From IMG/VR virus record IMGVR_UViG_3300048599_000148, positions 1 through 38,517 of that record: DNA of 38,517 nt, one strand, 5' to 3'. Shown piece by piece: positions 1 to 9,560 of the stretch (positions within the stretch are counted from its first letter, which is position 1; each line of letters opens with the position of its first letter). The DNA comes from a virus (Duplodnaviria > Caudoviricetes). The notes below the pieces were generated by a model. That model worked only from the letters and a program-made list of their open reading frames with translations. It did no database searches and was not told where the DNA came from. The position numbers and the translations under genes were made by a program.

Positions 1-127
1 CCGGCCGCATCGTAAAACTGCACTTTCTTTGCGCGCGCACTTGCCTCAGGCAATTCACCGCCCGCCGCATCCGCCGCCGGAAAACGCAAGGTGCGATCGC
101 TGCGCCCGTTGATTTCCTGCTGCCGCA
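1..127. repeat. Terminal direct repeat, copy 1 (identical to 38391..38517); probable assembler k-mer overlap of a circular genome
   Basis: The first 127 nt (ccggccgcat...tgccgca) recur exactly at the end of the window, and the tail fibre reading frame runs unbroken across the join. Confidence 0.95.
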
Positions 128-461
128 TCACGACGCGATCCAGCGCCGTCTCAAGTTGGGCCATCGAGAAACCCGAAGCCTCGCGCAGCGCCGCATCCTG
201 AATGCCTGGAGTGACGCGCTCCACGTCCACGTTTCCCGTTTCAGTGCGCGCCGGCGTGAAGACGATCGTTCCGCCGGTTTCCGTATCGCCGCCCGTAGTG
301 GTGAAATCGACGCCATACACGAGCGCCGCCGGATCTGGATCCGCGACAGTTCGGACCTTGACCGACAATTGGCCAGGCTCAAAACGCCATCCCACGTTCA
401 CGCTGGCCGTGGCGCCGCTGATCGCGATCCGCGAAAAATAGGAGGTTTGCTTGACAGTCAT
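1..461 (-). CDS. Tail fibre protein, 5' part (T7 gp17-like N-terminal attachment domain); continues across the circular join to 37205, about 548 aa in total
   Basis: Manual translation from ATG at 461 gives MTVKQTSYFSRIAISGATASVNVGWRF...VDVERVTP...LETALDRVVMRQQEINGRSDRTLRFPAAD, in frame with ORF 37205..38479. The RVTP and LDRVVMxxQE pattern is typical of T7-type fibre N-termini. This part is missing from the ORF track. Confidence 0.85.
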   Translation of the reverse strand, partial: MTVKQTSYFSRIAISGATASVNVGWRFEPGQLSVKVRTVADPDPAALVYGVDFTTTGGDTETGGTIVFTPARTETGNVDVERVTPGIQDAALREASGFSMAQLETALDRVVMRQQEINGRSDRTLRFPAADAAGGELPEASARAKKVQFYDAA

Positions 462-468
462 GCGGCAA

Positions 469-511
469 AGGTTAAGCGGCGCGCCCGTGCGGGGGGAATC
501 TTGCCCCCCGC
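469..511 (-). promoter_or_regulatory. Putative late promoter 1 (palindrome plus -10 TAACCT), upstream of the tail fibre gene
   Basis: GCGGGGGGAATCTTGCCCCCCGC at 489..511, then 14 nt, then TAACCT on the minus strand (474..469), then ATG 7 nt later. Confidence 0.75.
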
Positions 512-524
512 CGCTCAAATTCGT

Positions 525-3455
525 TTAGCCGCCCACGACTTGCGACGGCGGCAGGATGAATTCCTGGCCATCGCGGTTTTCTTTCAAGCGCTCTTCCATG
601 CGCCGCATATAGCCCGGCGAGACAGCTTCCTGCAGCTGGTACAGAAACAGATAATTCATGGCCAGGCGCGTGTAGAACAGATTCACAAACGGCGTATTGT
701 CGACGGCCAGACCGAAGGACTGCCCGGCCGCATCGCCCAGATCGCCATCGCGCGCCGTTGCGAAGATCTTCAGCAGGCGCTCCAATTCACCGACCGCAGG
801 CCCACCGAGCGCACCAATAGGCGAGCGACCTTGTCGATCGTAAGATCCGAAAATGAAATCGCCATAGATCCCGGCGCCGCCGCCCTGGATGAACGATCGC
901 AAAAACACCTTTCCATTGGGCGCGCCATTTTCATCCTGCAGCGGTTGCGGCTCAAGGCCGCGCGCCAGATCCTTCATCACCGTGGCGACATAACCAAGCC
1001 CCGTGGACGCCATCATGAAATGCGCCAGCGGCGCATAGGCTTTCAGCGAGCCGCGATCCGACATAGCCTTGGCGAACGCCGGTTTCAGATGGCGCACCAC
1101 CACGGCCGTGGGAAAGCTCTTGAACTGCATGAACAATTCCAGCGCCGTGCCAGCGGCCGTTCCCGTCCGCGTGCCCATACGCAACGCGGCGCGCTCACGC
1201 GCGCGCGGCTCCGTCATCGCGGTGTCAATCTGATCGGTGAAATAGGCCTGCGCCCGCAGCAGCAATTCGCGTTGCGCGTCCTGCATATCCTCCGCGCGAT
1301 AGATCCGCTTTATCTTCAGCTCACGCGCAAAGGTTTCCAGCTTGATGCCGTTCAGCACATCGCGGCCGATCGCGCCGCCTTGCCGCTTGGCCGCGTCGCG
1401 CATCAGGCCAAACAGCTTTGGCGTTACCCCGGCTTTTTCCAGGGTCTTGCGCTCCGCCGGCGGTAGCTTTGCCCAGGTGGCGTCCGCCGTCACCCCATAG
1501 TCCAGCGCTTCCCCGATGCGCTGGCGCGCCAACTGCACTTCCGCCGGATCCGGAATCGTCTTTTTCCCGGCCCATTTGGCGGCCGCATCGCCGGCGATCT
1601 GTTCCGCGGAATCGGGCGTGATCACCCATTTTCCGTTCACCTCGACGGCATTGGCGCGCAGAAGATCCCAGGCGTCGGCATCAATGCCGTAGCGCACCAG
1701 GGCTTCCCGCGACGCCTCATCCAACGCGCCATGCGCCAGCTCGCGCAGACCGCCCAGATGGTGCGCCAGGATAGACGCCGCGCCAGCGCGGATCCGCGCT
1801 TGCCAGAACCCGAAAAGGTTCATCCGATAGAAGAGGCGCTGCGCCTTGAAGGTCCAGCCCAGGTTCGCGTCCGGCGCCACGAATTGCGCGGCAATGTCGC
1901 CGGCCATGGTCGCCGCGCCTTCGCCCACCAGGTTCGCCACTTCGCGCTTGGCCACCGGCTCCATGCCCGCCACGGATCCGATCAGACCGGAATAGATGTC
2001 CAGATAGGCGACGCCGGCGCGCGAAAGCGCCTGCGCGCCATTGCCCAGATCCGTGACGCTGGAAAAGATCATGCCGCCCAATTTGGCCAGGCCTTGCTGC
2101 GTCCGGATTGCGCGGCTGACCGTGGCGACGCGATGGCTTTCCGGCATTTCCGCCGCGCCCGTCAGCTGATCAAACTCGCCCTGGCGCAAGCCGGACTTCA
2201 GGCGCTTGATTGCGTCAATGTCGTTTTTCTCGCGCGCCGCGTCCGTCAGGCGCTGCCGATCAGCCATAAATGCCGCTTCCGGCGCAGGCCCGAAGGTGCG
2301 CATCAGCGCTTCAGTGCGTGATGATCGTCCGAGGAAGGACAGATGCGCCACAAAGAGCGATCCGGATCCAAATTCCCGATTGTACGCAATCCACGAATCC
2401 GCATCCGCCCAATGCAGCACGCGCCGGCGGGACAGCGACCTGGCCAGCGACGCCGGCGGCGTAAATCCGTCCAGATCATTCACATCGTCAGACGCGCCCT
2501 TGCGATAGCCGGACACAATATCGGTCCAGATCTGCGCCAGAAACTCGCGCCGCGCCTTCGCGATTTCTGCATCAGCCATCGCCGCGATCTGACGCTGGAT
2601 CTGCGATTCTATAGGCGGATTCTTCTTGTCGTATTGGGCGCGCAGCCCCTCTTCCAGTTTTGTCAGCGCCGATTCGTCCACCGCCTCAAATGTGCGTTCA
2701 TGCAGCCGCGCCTGGACAAACTCGATCCACCTGGCCTTGGCCAGCTCGCGCGCCTTGGCGTTCATGCCTTTGAAGAAACCGCCGCTGATCTTGATCGGAT
2801 CGTGCATGGTCCGGCTGATATAGCCCGGCAATTCGCCGATCCAGGCGCCCAGGCGATTCATGCGCTGGCGCGTCCGTTGCTGATCGCGCACCACGGCTTC
2901 CGCCACCTTGCGCGCCATCTCATCCTTGGACGGCGCGCGCTCTTCACCGTTCAGGCGCGCCACTTCGCGCGCCACTTCGTCTTCAAAATCGCGATCCGGC
3001 GCGAACGCACGGAATGGATCCGCGAGGCGGGACAGCGCGCCGACTTCATCCAGCTCTTGCGTGAAACGCGATCGCGCTTCCACTTCGGCCGCCTTGCCTT
3101 GCGCATCGACGGAGAAGCCGCGCCGCGCGCCGGCCTTTTCCGATCCCACCATCAGGGTTTGCAGCGCATCGGCGGAATCGCCGGCATGGCCCGCATAGAA
3201 TTCCTTGCGCTTCGCGCCGGCGAGCGCCGAGGCCGCTTTAAGCCGCGCATCAATCAGATCATCGCGCGCGCGCTCTACCACATAAGATTGCCAGGCCTCT
3301 TCCCACAGATCCTTGTCCGCTTTTTGCGCGCCGGCGCTGCCCCGCTTCAAACGCTGAAAACGCGCCGTCAGGCGGCGCAGCATGTCGTCAATTTCATCGT
3401 CCGTGAACACATCACCCACAGCCGCGCGAATAGGCGACGTACAAACGCGGCTCAT
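525..3455 (-). CDS. Large internal virion (ejection) protein, T7 gp16 position
   Basis: 976 aa, alpha-helical, with C-terminal hydrophobic segments (FKSFP, GGGAGIYGDFIFG, NTPFVNLFY) as in podophage internal core proteins; last of the ejection-protein genes. Confidence 0.7.
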   Translation of the reverse strand: MSRVCTSPIRAAVGDVFTDDEIDDMLRRLTARFQRLKRGSAGAQKADKDLWEEAWQSYVVERARDDLIDARLKAASALAGAKRKEFYAGHAGDSADALQTLMVGSEKAGARRGFSVDAQGKAAEVEARSRFTQELDEVGALSRLADPFRAFAPDRDFEDEVAREVARLNGEERAPSKDEMARKVAEAVVRDQQRTRQRMNRLGAWIGELPGYISRTMHDPIKISGGFFKGMNAKARELAKARWIEFVQARLHERTFEAVDESALTKLEEGLRAQYDKKNPPIESQIQRQIAAMADAEIAKARREFLAQIWTDIVSGYRKGASDDVNDLDGFTPPASLARSLSRRRVLHWADADSWIAYNREFGSGSLFVAHLSFLGRSSRTEALMRTFGPAPEAAFMADRQRLTDAAREKNDIDAIKRLKSGLRQGEFDQLTGAAEMPESHRVATVSRAIRTQQGLAKLGGMIFSSVTDLGNGAQALSRAGVAYLDIYSGLIGSVAGMEPVAKREVANLVGEGAATMAGDIAAQFVAPDANLGWTFKAQRLFYRMNLFGFWQARIRAGAASILAHHLGGLRELAHGALDEASREALVRYGIDADAWDLLRANAVEVNGKWVITPDSAEQIAGDAAAKWAGKKTIPDPAEVQLARQRIGEALDYGVTADATWAKLPPAERKTLEKAGVTPKLFGLMRDAAKRQGGAIGRDVLNGIKLETFARELKIKRIYRAEDMQDAQRELLLRAQAYFTDQIDTAMTEPRARERAALRMGTRTGTAAGTALELFMQFKSFPTAVVVRHLKPAFAKAMSDRGSLKAYAPLAHFMMASTGLGYVATVMKDLARGLEPQPLQDENGAPNGKVFLRSFIQGGGAGIYGDFIFGSYDRQGRSPIGALGGPAVGELERLLKIFATARDGDLGDAAGQSFGLAVDNTPFVNLFYTRLAMNYLFLYQLQEAVSPGYMRRMEERLKENRDGQEFILPPSQVVGG

Positions 3456-6190
3456 GTATTGCCCCCAGATCCTGGCCCAGAAGAACCTGGCCCATATTGC
3501 AGACAGAAAGCGGCCGCCTTGATCGCGTCGAATAGCTTGGCGTTCTTTTCGGGCGTCATGCTTGGCGCCAGGGCGGCCGCCGCCTCCGCCGTGTCGATCG
3601 CGCCGGACTCCGCCAGGCGCGCCACATCGTCCTGGACGCTGGCTACCTCGTCCGCAATGCCTTGGATTTCTGCATTGAGCTTGGAAATTCTTGGATCGAG
3701 CGCCCCACCATTCGCCGCCGGCGCGCCCGCTCCTCCGCCGCCTTCGCGTCCTCCGCCGCCTTGATCGCCGTTTGGCGCGCCTGATCGCTCAGATCCACCA
3801 GGCTGCTGGGAAATGCCAGCGTCGTCGAATAGCCCAGGCTCTTGACGTAAGCCGCGATCGCCGCCAGCTGCGCCGGCGTCAGATAATTGATCGGGAAGTA
3901 ATACACCATCGCCCCCTTGGTTTAGCGGGCGCTCTTGTCCAGATCCGCCAGCACCCGTTGCATCAGCGCCGACGGCGCCGGATCCGCGTTCCGCAGCGCC
4001 GCCGCCATTGCCTTCGAATAACCCGGACTGAACCGCCCCGGACTCGCGGCCGGTTGCTCTTGCGGCGGCGTCGAAGGCTTTGGCGGGCGTGATTCTTGCG
4101 TCATCGAATAAAACAGGCTCCGGACTGGCTAAGGCCGCTTTAGCATAGATCTCGAAATTTTCGGCGATCTTAACGCGGGCGCGCACCCGGCCGGTTTTAT
4201 CGTCCACCATCAAAAGCAGGATCTGCAGCGTTTCGCCGGACGGCCCGCCGCCAAACATGTCGCCTTGGCTTTCCAGCTCGCTCAACAGGGTGCGGATCGA
4301 TTTTCCCGCCTGGCCGGCGCGGCGCATCAGCGCCATGGCGGCGGAGATATGCCCCCGCAGATCAAATTCCGCGCCCACCTGGCCAGAATCGAGCGCATCC
4401 GCCAGGCGCGCCATGATCGGCGCCGCATCCTGCAGCGCCCCGCCGGCCGTCTTCAGGGTTTCGTCCAGATCCTCAAACCGCGCGGAGATCACGCGTTCAT
4501 CGCCGTAAGCCTTGGCCATCAGCGCCGCTTCCAGGCGTTGTTCGCCCGCCTTGGACAAGCGGCCGCTGGAATCGATCAGCGCGCCCCGCTCTTGCTCAGT
4601 CGTCAGCGCCTCGATCGCCGCGCGCTGGAAATGGACGTTTCCGGCCATGCCGGCATCGCCGCCTTGGTGCAGATCGAGCACGGCGGCCGACAGGCGGCGC
4701 GCATCGGAAAACGCGGTTTCCGCCGCGCTCATCACCGCCGACGCCGGTTTGTTGAGATCTTCCGCAAAGCGCACCCGCTGCGCCGGCTCCCGCGTCGCCG
4801 GCAGCACGCGCACCAGGACAGGATTTTTTACCCCGTCCACCGGATAGCCCTGCGACTTCAGCCAGGCGCGCATTTCTTCGGCGCGCGGATCCCCGCCGCG
4901 ATAGGCGCGGCGCAGCCAGATGGTGCGGCCGTTGCCGCTTTCCACCACACCGTCCGATCCGATCACCGGCGCGCCGGAATCGCCCTGCGCCGTCTCGCCC
5001 CAGCGCGCCGGCTGGAAAGGCTCGCCAAACTTGCGCACCTGCATTTCCGACGCCGCCCGCGTGCGATCGCGCGGCTGCATCGCGCCGGGATAATCAGGAT
5101 TGACGGTTAAATCGTCACCATTGGACGTCACCAGATCTTCCACGTCCACGATCGCATAATGGCCGGCCTCCGCCATGCCGCCGGGGGAATAGACGTCCGC
5201 CGGCTTCAGCTTCCGCACTGGAATGTCCGGCCGGCCGGCGATCTCCGCCAGCTTGGCCTCATCCACGCGCGAGAACACGGGCGCCACGTCCACCGGCTCA
5301 CCCGCCGCCAGCTGACCGATTGACGCCGCCGTGGCGGCTTCCCTGGCCTCCTGTGGCGCGTTTGCGACCCGATCGGGCATTGGCTCCACCCGCGCTTCAG
5401 GTTCGGGCGCCCTGGCCGCTTCCAGCGGATCCGCGCCGGCCAGCACGCGCGGCCCATCGATCGCGCGGCCGCCGCCCTCCAGCGCGCCGCCAAGCGCGCC
5501 GCCGGCGCCGCCCAGAATGCCGCCCATCGCCACATTGGCCAGCGCGTCCGTGAATTCATAATCCCGCCCCTCGCGCCAGGTCATCAGCGGATAGGCCGCC
5601 AGCTCATAGGCGCCGCCCAGGATCGCGCCTTCAGAGACGCCCAGCACCGCACGGCCGAAAACCCGCGTGGCCAGCACCTCAGAGCGCGCCAGCGAGCCCA
5701 GCGGCTTCACCGCCTTGGCCAAAAGGCCCAGCTCGCCCATCGGGATGGCCGCCAGGCCCCATTGCACGGGATCCGTCATGGATCCGGCGAAGCTGGATCC
5801 GAACACGCGAGCGCCGCCCCAGAAGCCCTTGGTGGCCGACGAACGCGCCAGCGCGTCATCGGCCGCCAGCTCGCGCTGTTTGATCGCCCAGCGCTCCGCC
5901 GCATAGGTTTCCGACACGCGGCCGTCAAAGCTCAGCGCGTCTTCAATCCCATAAAGATCGTTCGCCTCTTCCGGATCCAGCATCCGCACCGCCGGCAGCA
6001 TGCCCGTGCGCTGGCCAAGCACGTCCACGCCTTGCTTGGCGGCGCGCAGGATCAGCGGCCCCAGCGACTCTTCCGCCGCCATGTCAAACGACGACTGAAA
6101 CGCGTTTTCGCCGGGATCGCGCGTGGGCGCCAAGGCCTGCAGCTCGCCTTCCGACGCACCCGCCGGATCATTGATCAGCCAGCCAGCCAT
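3452..6190 (-). CDS. Internal virion / polyvalent protein with a DdrB-like ParB domain
   Basis: 912 aa with an N-terminal Gly-rich hydrophobic region. The central segment YAIVDVEDLVTSN...NPDYPGAMQPRDR...GAPVIGSDGVVESGNGRT matches the ddrB-ParB signature as I recall it. Confidence 0.75.
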   Translation of the reverse strand: MAGWLINDPAGASEGELQALAPTRDPGENAFQSSFDMAAEESLGPLILRAAKQGVDVLGQRTGMLPAVRMLDPEEANDLYGIEDALSFDGRVSETYAAERWAIKQRELAADDALARSSATKGFWGGARVFGSSFAGSMTDPVQWGLAAIPMGELGLLAKAVKPLGSLARSEVLATRVFGRAVLGVSEGAILGGAYELAAYPLMTWREGRDYEFTDALANVAMGGILGGAGGALGGALEGGGRAIDGPRVLAGADPLEAARAPEPEARVEPMPDRVANAPQEAREAATAASIGQLAAGEPVDVAPVFSRVDEAKLAEIAGRPDIPVRKLKPADVYSPGGMAEAGHYAIVDVEDLVTSNGDDLTVNPDYPGAMQPRDRTRAASEMQVRKFGEPFQPARWGETAQGDSGAPVIGSDGVVESGNGRTIWLRRAYRGGDPRAEEMRAWLKSQGYPVDGVKNPVLVRVLPATREPAQRVRFAEDLNKPASAVMSAAETAFSDARRLSAAVLDLHQGGDAGMAGNVHFQRAAIEALTTEQERGALIDSSGRLSKAGEQRLEAALMAKAYGDERVISARFEDLDETLKTAGGALQDAAPIMARLADALDSGQVGAEFDLRGHISAAMALMRRAGQAGKSIRTLLSELESQGDMFGGGPSGETLQILLLMVDDKTGRVRARVKIAENFEIYAKAALASPEPVLFDDARITPAKAFDAAARATGRESGAVQSGLFEGNGGGAAERGSGAVGADATGAGGSGQERPLNQGGDGVLLPDQLSDAGAAGGDRGLRQEPGLFDDAGISQQPGGSERSGAPNGDQGGGGREGGGGAGAPAANGGALDPRISKLNAEIQGIADEVASVQDDVARLAESGAIDTAEAAAALAPSMTPEKNAKLFDAIKAAAFCLQYGPGSSGPGSGGNT
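3643..3909 (-). CDS. Nested (overprinted) small ORF, 88 aa, +1 frame inside the ParB-domain gene
   Basis: AAGGGGG lies just before the ATG. Codons are host-like (CTG, GCG, ATC, AAG, TTC) while the outer frame here uses rare TTA/GTA/CTA. Confidence 0.6.
   Translation of the reverse strand: MVYYFPINYLTPAQLAAIAAYVKSLGYSTTLAFPSSLVDLSDQARQTAIKAAEDAKAAEERARRRRMVGRSIQEFPSSMQKSKALRTR
3922..4104 (-). CDS. Nested small ORF, 60 aa, same +1 frame, directly upstream of 3643..3909
   Basis: Upstream GGAG and a TATGCT -10-like hexamer (4147..4142). The second half has GC3-rich codons, and the stop is 12 nt before the next nested ATG. Confidence 0.45.
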   Translation of the reverse strand: MTQESRPPKPSTPPQEQPAASPGRFSPGYSKAMAAALRNADPAPSALMQRVLADLDKSAR

Positions 6191-8616
6191 CAGCGCCCCA
6201 TTGCGCCGCCCGGCGCCGTTCCCTGGAAGAGCGCGCCGCCGTCCGGCTTAGCCTTGGCCGGCCGCGCCAGCAATTCGTCCCAGCTTGGCGCGATCGCCTC
6301 GCCGTTCTTCATCGTCACAGCCTGATTGTTTTCGTCGACCAAGATCAGCCCACCGTCATCGGCCCGCGTGATCCAGCGCACATTGGCGGCCATCGCCTGC
6401 AGCTGCGCCTTGCGCGCCGCGTCGCCCTTGATGCGCGGATCGCCCACCGGCCAATTGATTCTGTCCGAATCCTGCAGCGCGATGAAATGCGCGGCCGCGC
6501 CTTGTGCGATCGCGGAGGTTTTGACCTCTTGCCCCTTCCAGACTTTGGGCGCGCGCCAGCCGTCGCGGAATTGATACTGGCCCAGATAGGGCGTGGCGTA
6601 TTTGTTAACCGCCGCATCTGGCGACGCGCCGGCCGCGACATCAGCCGCCGCCGCGCGCACGATGGCGTCCCGCGTTTTTGAAATGGCCTCCTGGCCGCCT
6701 GGCGACGCCGCCAGCGAGCGATAGAGGCGCTGCAGCTTTCCATCCACCTTTGCAGCCAGATCGCGCTTGACGCCCTTCTGCAGCTGGCCCGTCACATCCG
6801 GCTTTCCCACCGCCTCGCTCATGCGGATCATGGCCTGCGGATCCCCGGCCAAAGGCGCGAGCACAGCCAGTTCATCGCCGCCGCCGGCGGCCGCCGCCAC
6901 CTCACGCATGACCGCGCCGGCATTGCCGCCCCAGGCCGTGGCCTGTTCCACCACGGCGCGCAATTCTGCGCTGCGCTGCGCCGGATCCGCGTTCTGGATC
7001 CGGCTGGCCATTTCCTGCGCCACGCCGGCCGGCAGGATCTTTTGAGCGCCGGCCGGAATGCCCCAGAGCTTTTGCTGTTCGCGCGTGATGTTCGCCCAGG
7101 CCGCCATCGCCTTCGGATCGTCCGCCTGTTTCTGGAATTTTTGCCACGCGGCGTTCACCACGGGATTGTCCAAAGATGCGCCGGCCGGATCCTTGGCCCG
7201 GCGCTCCAACAGATCCGCCGCGATCCGCTGCGCCGCTTCAAACCGGCGCGCGCCGGCCACAAGTCCAGCGCCGGCCTTTGGCTTGGCCGCCTGCAGAGAC
7301 GCATTGATTTCCGCCGCGCTCATCGACTTGAACGGCGCGACCAGCTTCCAGACTTCATCCGCCTCCTTTTGCGCGATCGCGAATTCAGTGGCGGCCGCCG
7401 GCCCCAATATGGACCCCACTTCCTGCACGGACACATTGGCGCCCTTGCCGAAGGTCTGGCGCGACGCGACATCATCCGCCATTCGATCTTTCAGCGTGAC
7501 CGCCGCCACCGCGCGATTGATCGCCTCTTGTTGTTTGGCTTCCGCTTCGCGCCGGCGTTGCTCCTCCTCGATTGCGTTGCTGAAGCCCACCAGAAGCCGC
7601 GTCTTGTCGCCTGGATCCAGATAGGCGTCATGGCGGCCGGATTGGAGCTCAAGTTTCGCCGCCCACGGATTACCCTGCCCGATCGAGATCAGCCGCGCTT
7701 CCGCCAGCCGCCCGGCGAAGCTGCGCACCTCTTCCTTGCGTCCGTCGATCGACAATCCAGCCAGCGCCGGATTTTGCGCAAACGCCGTCAGGGTCGAATC
7801 AAACGCGGCCGGCTTATCCAGCACGCCGTTGATCAGCTCATCTTGCAGCGGCGCGAGCATCGCGCGCGCTTCTTTGTCGCGCACATCGCGTTCACGCTTC
7901 ACCGCATTGATCAGATCGAGTTTCTGCGCGACGGAAAAAACATGATCCCACTGATTGCCGTTCAGCTCGCCCAGCGCGGAATCCGGATCCAGCTTGGCCA
8001 TGCCGATCATGCGCGAGCTGGCCAGGCCCGCCGTCAGATCGTCCCAGCGCTTTTGCTTGATCGCCTGCGGAAGTCCGGATTCGATAATGGCGCGGCGCGA
8101 TGTTTCCAGCGTGGGCTCGAATTGCGTTGGATCCGCAAACACAGTCTGGCCGGCCAGATCAATCTGATCGTCCAGGAGGCGCGTTTGATGGTCAATCTTG
8201 CGCGCGTTCACCACGTCGAAGGCGCGCAGCTCAAGCCCGTCCCGCATGCCGGCGGCTTCAGTCAGAAACGCGGTGCGCAAACGATCGGGCAACAGCTCCG
8301 CCTGGCCGGCCGCGTTTTCGTTGAAGCTCGCCGCAAAACGCTGATCGAATCCGTCCAGATCCGAATCGGCCAGCGAATTGCCTTCATTCACCAGGCGTTC
8401 GCTTTCAGCCGCGCGCAGCCGCGACGCAGCGTTGGCCAATAGCAGGCGATCTTCTTCCGCACGCTGACGGGCGCGCTTTGCATTTTCTTCGTCCGCGATG
8501 CGCGCCAGCGGCTCCGCCAGCGCGCTGATCCCAGAATCCAGCGCGGACGCCGGCATGCGCGGCCCCTGAAAAGCCGGCGCTTCGTTCCGGTTAATCGTGG
8601 TGGGCATTTTGGCCAT
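6190..8616 (-). CDS. Internal virion (ejection) protein, T7 gp15 position
   Basis: 808 aa, Ala-rich and helical; lies between the gp14-like and gp16-like genes; 1-nt stop/start overlap with the next gene. Confidence 0.65.
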   Translation of the reverse strand: MAKMPTTINRNEAPAFQGPRMPASALDSGISALAEPLARIADEENAKRARQRAEEDRLLLANAASRLRAAESERLVNEGNSLADSDLDGFDQRFAASFNENAAGQAELLPDRLRTAFLTEAAGMRDGLELRAFDVVNARKIDHQTRLLDDQIDLAGQTVFADPTQFEPTLETSRRAIIESGLPQAIKQKRWDDLTAGLASSRMIGMAKLDPDSALGELNGNQWDHVFSVAQKLDLINAVKRERDVRDKEARAMLAPLQDELINGVLDKPAAFDSTLTAFAQNPALAGLSIDGRKEEVRSFAGRLAEARLISIGQGNPWAAKLELQSGRHDAYLDPGDKTRLLVGFSNAIEEEQRRREAEAKQQEAINRAVAAVTLKDRMADDVASRQTFGKGANVSVQEVGSILGPAAATEFAIAQKEADEVWKLVAPFKSMSAAEINASLQAAKPKAGAGLVAGARRFEAAQRIAADLLERRAKDPAGASLDNPVVNAAWQKFQKQADDPKAMAAWANITREQQKLWGIPAGAQKILPAGVAQEMASRIQNADPAQRSAELRAVVEQATAWGGNAGAVMREVAAAAGGGDELAVLAPLAGDPQAMIRMSEAVGKPDVTGQLQKGVKRDLAAKVDGKLQRLYRSLAASPGGQEAISKTRDAIVRAAAADVAAGASPDAAVNKYATPYLGQYQFRDGWRAPKVWKGQEVKTSAIAQGAAAHFIALQDSDRINWPVGDPRIKGDAARKAQLQAMAANVRWITRADDGGLILVDENNQAVTMKNGEAIAPSWDELLARPAKAKPDGGALFQGTAPGGAMGR

Positions 8617-8625
8617 GACGGGATC

Positions 8626-9117
8626 CTAGTGCGCGTTTGCCGAACCGCCGGCCGGCGCAGCCTTCGCGCCGCCGCCGAAACTGAAACTGGACAGCAATTG
8701 ATGGCCGCCATTCAAAAGCGCGCCGGCCTGGCCATAGACGCCGCGCTTTACCGCCGCTTTTCCTTGCAGGTTTTGAATCTTCGCTTCCTGCAGCAAACCC
8801 TGGCGCGCCAATTCGCCTTGCCAGAGCACTGTCCGCACATTCGCTGATCCCTGGCGCGCCAGGTCCGCGATCACATCCACGGCGGATCCGCCGACAGTAA
8901 AGCCCGACGCACCGGCCGCCACTTCAGCCGTTCCGATGGCCCGGCGCGCATCTTCGGCCGTCGCGCCGGCATCCACCGCCGCCTTGTTATAGCGGGACTC
9001 AGCTTCCAGCTTTGCTTGTTGCTCATTGTACGCCGCAGCCCGCGCCTCCGCCTTCGCCTGCGATCGCGCTGACGCCATATTGAGAAGCGTTGATCCAACC
9101 GTAAAAGCGCCGCTCAT
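8626..9117 (-). CDS. Small internal virion protein (gp14-like)
   Basis: 163 aa, Ala/Gly-rich, with the AGASGFTVGGSAVDV motif typical of this gene class; synteny. Confidence 0.7.
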   Translation of the reverse strand: MSGAFTVGSTLLNMASARSQAKAEARAAAYNEQQAKLEAESRYNKAAVDAGATAEDARRAIGTAEVAAGASGFTVGGSAVDVIADLARQGSANVRTVLWQGELARQGLLQEAKIQNLQGKAAVKRGVYGQAGALLNGGHQLLSSFSFGGGAKAAPAGGSANAH

Positions 9118-9560
9118 GCCGCCATCCCCAATTCCGCCGGCGCGACGCGCTCAAACAGATAATGATCTGCGCCGTCCGCCCCATAGGCGCGCAGCAACGT
9201 GACGCGCTGAAAGCCAACCCATTCGGCGAATCGCAAGCCGGCGGCGAAGTCCGCGCGCACAAAGGCGTCAACCCGCCGGAACGCGCTGCGCGCCACGATG
9301 CGCCGCGACGCGGCGGCGACCAGGCGCAGCTGCTGCATCCCCTGCAGCGCCCCCACCAACATGATCGCGTGCGCATAGCCGCGCCATTGCTGGACCAGCG
9401 CACCGGCGGAAATCGCGGCGCCGTTCAGCTCCGCCGTCCAGCCAATGCCCAATAATTCGCGATCTGCAGCATCCAACGCCATCAGCTCGCCCAGCCGCGC
9501 CTCTAGCGCCTCAACCTGGAAAACGTCGCCCGCGCGATATGGCCGAATAATCACGCTCAC
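9114..9560 (-). CDS. GNAT-fold virion-associated protein (gp13 position)
   Basis: 148 aa; RRVDAFVRADFAAGLRFAEWVGF...LLRAYGADGADHYLF is a GNAT-like C-terminus; follows the tail nozzle gene. Confidence 0.7.
   Translation of the reverse strand: MSVIIRPYRAGDVFQVEALEARLGELMALDAADRELLGIGWTAELNGAAISAGALVQQWRGYAHAIMLVGALQGMQQLRLVAAASRRIVARSAFRRVDAFVRADFAAGLRFAEWVGFQRVTLLRAYGADGADHYLFERVAPAELGMAA

Noticed and set aside
1-127. 127-bp terminal repeat as a biological T7-like DTR
   Set aside because: It falls in the middle of the tail fibre gene and its length equals a common assembler k-mer, so it is best explained as circular contig overlap.
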